Shown: piece after piece, positions 58,601 through 64,000 of the stretch | How positions within the stretch are numbered: position 1 is the first letter of the stretch | Layout of the letters: each line of letters begins with the position of its first letter | Source: Heteronotia binoei | Lineage: Eukaryota | DNA: 64,000 nucleotides | Reading direction: 5' to 3' | Assembly (NCBI RefSeq): GCF_032191835.1 | Contig: NC_083227.1 | Location: 17,484,001-17,548,000 of the forward strand | Program-made: the position numbers and the translations under genes | Notes under the pieces: generated by a model | What the model was told of the DNA's origin: nothing | What the model saw: the letters and a program-made list of their open reading frames with translations, nothing else | Database searches by the model: none

Positions 58601-60287
58601 CAAAGTACTTGTCACCTGCTGGGAACAAGGCAAATTACCACAGGACTTTCGCGATGCAATCATCATCACCCTATACAAGAACAAAGGGGAAAAGTCAGAC
58701 TGCTCCAACTACCGGGGGATAACCCTGCTCTCCATCGCAGGCAAAATCCTTGCCAGAATACTCCTGAACAGACTGGTGCCCACCATTGCAGAAGAACTCC
58801 TCCCAGAGAGCCAGTGCGGCTTCAGAGCTAACAGGAGCACCACCGACATGGTATTTGTTCTCAGGCAGCTCCAAGAGAAATGCAGGGAACAGAACAAGGG
58901 TCTGTATGTGACTTTTGTCGACCTTACCAAAGCTTTCGATACCGTTAGCAGGAAAGGCCTGTGGCAAATCTTGGAACGTTTAGGATGTCCCCCAAGGTTC
59001 CTCAGCATGATCATCCAGCTACACGAAGACCAGCGAGGCCAAGTCAGACACTGCAACGACCTCTCGGAGCCCTTCCCAATAGGCACAGGTGTAAAGCAAG
59101 GCTGCGTTCTCGCGCCAACTCTCTTTACGATCTTCTTTAGCATGATGCTTCAAAGAGCCGCAGTAGATCTAGATGAGGACGATGGTGTCTACATCCGCTA
59201 TCGCACCGATGGCAGCCTGTTCAACCTGAGGCGACTAAAGGCACACTCCAAGACAATGGAAAAACTCATCCGAGAGCTACTGTTTGCTGATGATGCTGCA
59301 CTCGTCTCCCACTCGGTATCAGCTCTGCAGCATATGACGTCCTGCTTTGCAGAGGCTGCCAAGCTATTCGGCCTAGAAGTTAGTCTGAAGAAGACAGAAG
59401 TTCTCCACCAGCCTGCACCCCAGGAAGATTATCACCCTCCCTGCATCACTGTGGGTGAATCAGTTCTGAAGACAGTCCAGCAGTTCAGCTACCTGGGGTG
59501 CATCATCTCCTCAGATGCCAAGATCGACAAGGAGATTGACAACAGGCTGGCAAAGGCAAACCGTGCATTTGGCCGACTGCACAAAAGAGTGTGGAGCAAC
59601 AAGCATCTGAAAAAAGGCACAAAGATCAATGTTTACAAAGCGGTTGTGATGACAACCCTCATCTATGGCTCCGAATCGTGGGTTTTATACCGTCATCACC
59701 TGCGACTCCTTGAGCGCTTTCATCAGCGCTGCCTTCGCACCATCCTCAACATCCACTGGAGTGACTTTGTGACCAACACTGAAGTCCTCAAGCGGGCAGA
59801 GGTTACCAGCATCGAGGCACTGCTGTTGAAGACGCAGCTGCGCTGGGCAGGGCATATTTCTAGGATGGAAAACCACCGCCTTCCCAAGATTGCCCTGTAT
59901 GGCGAACTCTCCACCGGCCATCGAAATAGAGGGGCACCAAAGAAGAGGTACAAGGACTCCTTGAAGAAATCCCTTAGCACCTGCCACATCAACCATCACC
60001 AGTGGTCTGACCTAGCCTCAGATCGCAAAGCATGGAGGCACACCATCCACCAGGCTGTCTCTTCCTTTGAGAACACACGCATAGCTGGTCTTGAGGACAA
60101 AAGGAGATTGAGGAAGAATCGCACTGCTACAGGACCAACCCTAAATCAGACTTTTCCCTGCAGCCGCTGTGGCCGGACCTGCCTGTCCCACATTGGTCTT
60201 GTCAGCCACCAGCGAGCCTGCAGCAAACGTGGACTATTGCACCCTTCTTAAATCTTCGTTCGCGAAGCCAAGCCGAGAGAGAGAGAA
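55608..60287 (+). mobile_element. RTE-clade LINE with TSDs and (GA)n tail
   Basis: 12-bp TSD aatcattttaat (55596-55607, 60288-60299); empty site at ~36465-36480. Confidence 0.92.
57135..60251 (+). CDS. RTE ORF: AP endonuclease, RT and C-terminal zinc finger (N-terminus missing)
   Basis: IAALSEVR, GDFNA, TDH, DLTKAFD, KQGC, FADD, CSRCGRTC..SHQRAC; open for 1038 codons but the listed start codon is TTG. Confidence 0.9.
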   Translation: MNIDIAALSEVRFPEEGSLQEHGAGYTLYWSGKSKAESRLSGVGFMVRNSIASKLENLPTGHSDRIMSMRLPLQNKQHATLFSVYAPTLQADPAEKNKFYADLHNLVRKTPTEDKVIILGDFNARVGKDSEAWKGVLGKHGIGNCNDNGRLLLEFCMEHQLTITNTIFQQKNSLKTTWMHPRSKHWHLIDYILVRQRDLRDVLHTRVMPSAECHTDHRLVRCNLRLHFKPTPRRGGIPRRKFQVGSLQSAEVKAAFQAKLQSRIEDLSCPTDPSPEALWEHLKTTVLQISEEVLGFSTRKNKDWFDENNQEIQELLAKKRSAYQAHLAQPSCPGKKATFRAACSNLQRKLRDIQNEWWTKLAERTQLCADTGDLRGFYEALKAVYGPSYQAQSPLHSADGQVLLTDKASILNRWSEYFQILFSANRVVQDSAIHLTPLQPVKTELDEIPTLEETVKAIKQLKSGKAAGVDGIPPEIWKHGGTVLHSSLHKVLVTCWEQGKLPQDFRDAIIITLYKNKGEKSDCSNYRGITLLSIAGKILARILLNRLVPTIAEELLPESQCGFRANRSTTDMVFVLRQLQEKCREQNKGLYVTFVDLTKAFDTVSRKGLWQILERLGCPPRFLSMIIQLHEDQRGQVRHCNDLSEPFPIGTGVKQGCVLAPTLFTIFFSMMLQRAAVDLDEDDGVYIRYRTDGSLFNLRRLKAHSKTMEKLIRELLFADDAALVSHSVSALQHMTSCFAEAAKLFGLEVSLKKTEVLHQPAPQEDYHPPCITVGESVLKTVQQFSYLGCIISSDAKIDKEIDNRLAKANRAFGRLHKRVWSNKHLKKGTKINVYKAVVMTTLIYGSESWVLYRHHLRLLERFHQRCLRTILNIHWSDFVTNTEVLKRAEVTSIEALLLKTQLRWAGHISRMENHRLPKIALYGELSTGHRNRGAPKKRYKDSLKKSLSTCHINHHQWSDLASDRKAWRHTIHQAVSSFENTRIAGLEDKRRLRKNRTATGPTLNQTFPCSRCGRTCLSHIGLVSHQRACSKRGLLHPS

Positions 60288-60909
60288 AATCATTTTAATA
60301 ACCCAACCTTATTGATTTATTTTGGCTCCATTATTAGAACAGAAGGGAAAAAATGGGGAGGGAGGAGAGGTGGATAGAAAGCCCCTTGGCTGATTTTCCT
60401 CATGTTAAGTTTAAAACTCAACCAACAATGCTATTCTATATTATTCCAAATACCTCTTAACTCTTCAGCTGCTACATGTTTCCCTTGTGGTTTAGCCTTC
60501 AGAATTCCAGCTTAGTTTAGCTTGTCCTCAAAGCAGCACTACAATAAAGAATTTCAGCTAGCCTACACTACAACAAAGAATGGGAATACACACAGCCTTC
60601 CTCCCCCACCCTGTGGAAAAACCTTTGCTCTACCACAAAGCTCATTGGCTGACACACAGCTTCTGCCCTGGTTCAGACCAGGGGGATGCCAGTCTCCTGC
60701 CGGGAGACAACCAAATCCGTCCTCCAGAAAAGGAATTGAGCTCTGTAGTCTGGAGATCAGCTGTAATTCCAGAGAATCCTCACGACCCACCTGGAGGCTG
60801 GCATCTCTAAATGAGAGGGTGAAAGAAAATGCGTTTTCTTTTTTTCTATGCAAGCACCCTATTTTCTGAACAGCACTGGATATCTTGGGCAGACAAGCTG
60901 TCTTAAGTT

Positions 60910-61560
60910 AAGAGTTATTCCCGAGCAGCCCCACTGAACTACCCAGGGGGTCAGGGAGGGCAGCCTGGCTGGAGTCCGCTCTGACCAGATCTGGGCGCCG
61001 CTCCTCGGCTCGGGGAAAGGACGAAAAGCATTTTTATTTCGTCTGCAGCAGGGAAAGAGTTAAATCAACAAAGCTGCTTGCTAGAGAGACCAAGCGAGGG
61101 AGGGGCGGGAAAGTGGAGAGGCTCTTTTCCTCTCTGTTTGGGGTGGTGGACGAGGAGGGCTTTGCTTCTGAATCGCCCAAGAGGACAGGAGGCGCTTCAG
61201 GCAGGTAACACCGGAGAAAAGCCGACATCCTGGGAAGGTTTCCTCGCAAGTAAGACGGGGAAAGACTGTTTGGCGACCACTTGCAGCCCGGGAAGCTGAG
61301 AGCAGCGGGATGGCGCCTGCTCTCTTCCAAGCCCGCCCCGCTGCTCAGGGCAGGAGCAGGCCGGGGCTTCGGCAAGGATCACCTGCAGCCCCCTCTCGGG
61401 TCCCTGCGCAATGCGCTCCCGGAGGCGCAAAAGAGCACTGCGCAGGCGCGGCTTGCCTGGAGCCCGTGCAACCCTCCCCTACTGCGGCGCCTGTCCTCCC
61501 CAGGGCGGGGGTGCGGCGAGGGCAGGTGCTGGCCTGGGACGCCCGAGGTCCTAGCGCCGG
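60910..61560 (+). promoter_or_regulatory. Candidate CpG promoter/first exon of gene D
   Basis: CpG-rich; caa|gtaaga donor at 61250; paralogous to 37320-37665. Confidence 0.5.
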
Positions 61561-61800
61561 GCCTGCCCCATCTAGAGAAAGAGAAACCCAAGAGGGTCAG
61601 AGGCTGGAGGGGATAAAGCTCTCCCCCCCCGCCAGCCCCGATGGTAGCTCTTGGGGCGGGCGAGGGAAGAAGCCGCTGGCCTAGCAGAGCCCTCGCCAGC
61701 TGGCGGCCGGAACGTGCCTGCAGCCAGTGAGCGTGCATTTGTCTGCGAGAGCGGCTGCTCTATTTTTAAGCTTCCCCTCCTCCTTTTTCTTGGGAGAGAA

Positions 61801-62267
61801 TAGGGTTGCCAGGTCCAATTCAAAAAATATCTGGGGACTTTGGGGGTGGGGCCAGGAGACATTAGGGGTGGAGCCAGGAGCAAGGTTGTGACGAGCGTGA
61901 CTGAACTCCAAAGGGAGTTCTGGCCATCACATTTAAAGGAACCACACACCTTTTAAATGCCTTCCCTCTACTGGAAACAAGAAAGGATAGGGGCACCTTC
62001 TTTTGGGTCCAGTCATTTTGAAACTTGGAAGGTCTTTTAAGGCGAGACATCGGATGCTGGGCTGCCTATTTGGTGCCTCTACCTCAAAAAACAGCCCCCA
62101 CCTAGAGCCCCAGATACCTACAGATCAATTTTCTCTTATGCCCTAGGGAATCGGTCTCATAGGGCATAATGGAGTGCCCAGCAGACAGCTCCCCCGCCCT
62201 GCTTTCTGATGACCCTGAAGCAGGGGGAGGGCCTCCAAACGTGGGGGGGGGGGGGTTGGCTACCCTA
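61801..62267. mobile_element. hAT-type non-autonomous element (tagggttgcca TIR)
   Basis: Homologous to 30365-31041; TSD ggagagaa/ggggagaa. Confidence 0.88.
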
Positions 62268-63032
62268 GGGGAGAAGGATTCATTTGTGCTCTTCATCTTT
62301 TCCCCTACCTTTAAAATGCCTCCATGGTGGTCAAGATCTGCCCTCCTTCCAACCAGGGGAGAAATTGAAGTTATAAAATGGGCCTTAACTACAGTAGACA
62401 GATTGGGGGGGGGGGGGGGGAGGGAGAGAAAATAATTTATGCTCCAGGGTTTAGTGGCAAGGGAGAAAGAGAGGAAATGTCAATCGTCCCCAACACACAC
62501 ATAGTCTAGCCAATACCAGCTTCCCCCCACCATGAAGAAATCAATTTCACCAGCCGCCTTTAAGAAGAAAATGAGCACCAGGAAACTGGGATGGAGAATT
62601 GTCCTTTCTTCCCCCTGACATGGGGAAGGGCAGGGAATATCTTCCCCATATAAAACCTACCATTAAAAAAATCGCTTCCCTGCGTTCTTCCCCCCAAAAA
62701 GAATCATGTTGAGAGGCTGTAAATTCAAGTCCAATAACTAAAATAGTTGGCAGTGGGGGAAGAGGTATTGTCACTATTGAATTAAAGAGAGACAGAAGTA
62801 TGCGGGTGGGTGGCCATGTTGCGCAGTCAATTTCATCAGCTTTCCTCCAGCCTGAGCAATTTAAAAGCCTGCAAAGGGATTTTAACGACAGTAGAGAGAA
62901 GACAATATGTTTGGTTTTTCTTCCATATTAATTGGGGAGGGAGAGATTGGGGAGGTTGGACACACACACCCCCCCCCCGGTTCTGTAGAACAACAAAGAA
63001 GTTTAAAATAGGCTTACTAATGCATGGGTCAT

Positions 63033-63258
63033 GTTGTTCAGTCACACAGTTGAGTCTGACTGTTTGCAACCCCATGGACCAAGTCACGCCAGCCCCTCTC
63101 ATCTTCCACCATGCTCCGAAGTTCGCTCACATTCCTGTTACATCAGTAATGCTGTCCAGCCATCTCATCTTTTGCCGTCCCCTTCTTCTTTTGCCTTCTG
63201 TCTTGCCCAGCATCAGGGTCTTCTCCAGGGAGTGCTCCCTTCTCATTTGGTGGCCAAA
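63033..63258 (-). mobile_element. BovB 3' fragment
   Basis: Minus frame WPPNEKGALPGEDPDAGQDRRQKKKGTAKDEMAG resembles the BovB C-terminus; ends in a gactgaacaac tail. Confidence 0.8.
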
Positions 63259-63893
63259 TAACTATAATAATAATAATAATAACTCCTGCAAGGGAAGAAC
63301 TGGGAAAGACTGAGAGATCCCTTTGCAAAAGTTGTGGAAAGAAATGGGTTTCTCCTGCAAACATTTCCCTCTCTCCCCCCTCCCTAAGATAAGGTTTTTG
63401 GTTTGCGATCTTTGCAACAGATCAATGGATCAGCAAACCTTTAAACTGGCAAATTATGGGGTGGCACGTGCCTGCAGTGTCCGCCCCTCAGACCTTGTTT
63501 CTCTTGTGGGGTGGTGTACATGCTCCGAAGCACAGGAGCAGCGTCATGTTGCTGTCCCATTCACCTATTTTTCTCGCTGAGGAGGTGAGGGTGGGTGGGA
63601 GGGCCAAAATCAGCATAACCCCCCCCCCCAGGCTGCACCCTAGGCAGCTGCCCAGGGCTGCCTAATGGACAGGCTGGCCCTCCTGAAGGGCCAGACTGCC
63701 ATATGTAACAAAGCTTGATACAGCAGAATGATGCTAATCTTGATCCACAAACTGCAACAATGGCACTCCTTCTGATCCACCAGTTTCTTTTAACAGGGGT
63801 TGATGATGTAGCTCCATTCTCTTGTGGTTTCTTTCTGCCCTTTTGATTTATTTTCCTCTTTGTAGCCATGACAGTAATGGTATATTTCCATAG

Positions 63894-64000
63894 TCCCCAA
63901 GAGAAGAGGAGGGAGATGGAAGAGGAACCGTAAGGACCTGGAGTTGGCAAGAGATCAAGGGAAAGTCCTCATCCCTCGCAGGCTGTTGAATCCTGGGAAA
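63894..64000 (+). pseudogene. Gene D SCAN exon start with early stop (truncated by window edge)
   Basis: catag acceptor; ATG at 63916 GAA GAG GAA CCG TAA; then [13 protein letters not shown], paralogous to genes B and C. Confidence 0.8.

Overview
Vertebrate genomic DNA, squamate and probably gecko (inferred from Sauria SINE, BovB 3' ends and the SINE/MITE repertoire). The window holds a tandem cluster of SCAN-KRAB-C2H2 zinc-finger (ZKSCAN-like) genes with dense transposon content and two assembly gaps (17987-18356, 33150-33301). Four ZNF loci are present. Gene A (minus, ~1057-8530) is a decayed pseudogene. Gene B (plus, 12821-26489) has a frameshifted linker exon and a very young Copia LTR element inside its zinc-finger exon. 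Gene C (plus, 39143-51576) is an intact five-coding-exon SCAN-KRAB gene with 20 fingers (957 aa by my exon assembly). Gene D (plus, from 63916) has a stop at codon 6 and runs off the window. B, C and D are tandem paralogues. Mobile elements include two Copia-type elements that both lack the reverse-transcriptase core, a Penelope-like GIY-YIG remnant with inverted arms, a full-length Tc1, a long CR1, an RTE LINE with TSDs, L1/L2/BovB fragments, SINEs and hAT MITEs with 8-bp TSDs. The most notable items are (i) an RT-less, integrase-dead but open-ORF Copia with apparently identical LTRs that truncates a KRAB-ZNF, and (ii) a CpG-rich block in gene B's KRAB-to-ZF intron carrying paralogous first-exon modules, promoter motifs and an orphan leader-like exon. 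No CRISPR, rRNA or genuine tRNA genes were seen. All comparisons were made by eye and repeat boundaries are approximate.
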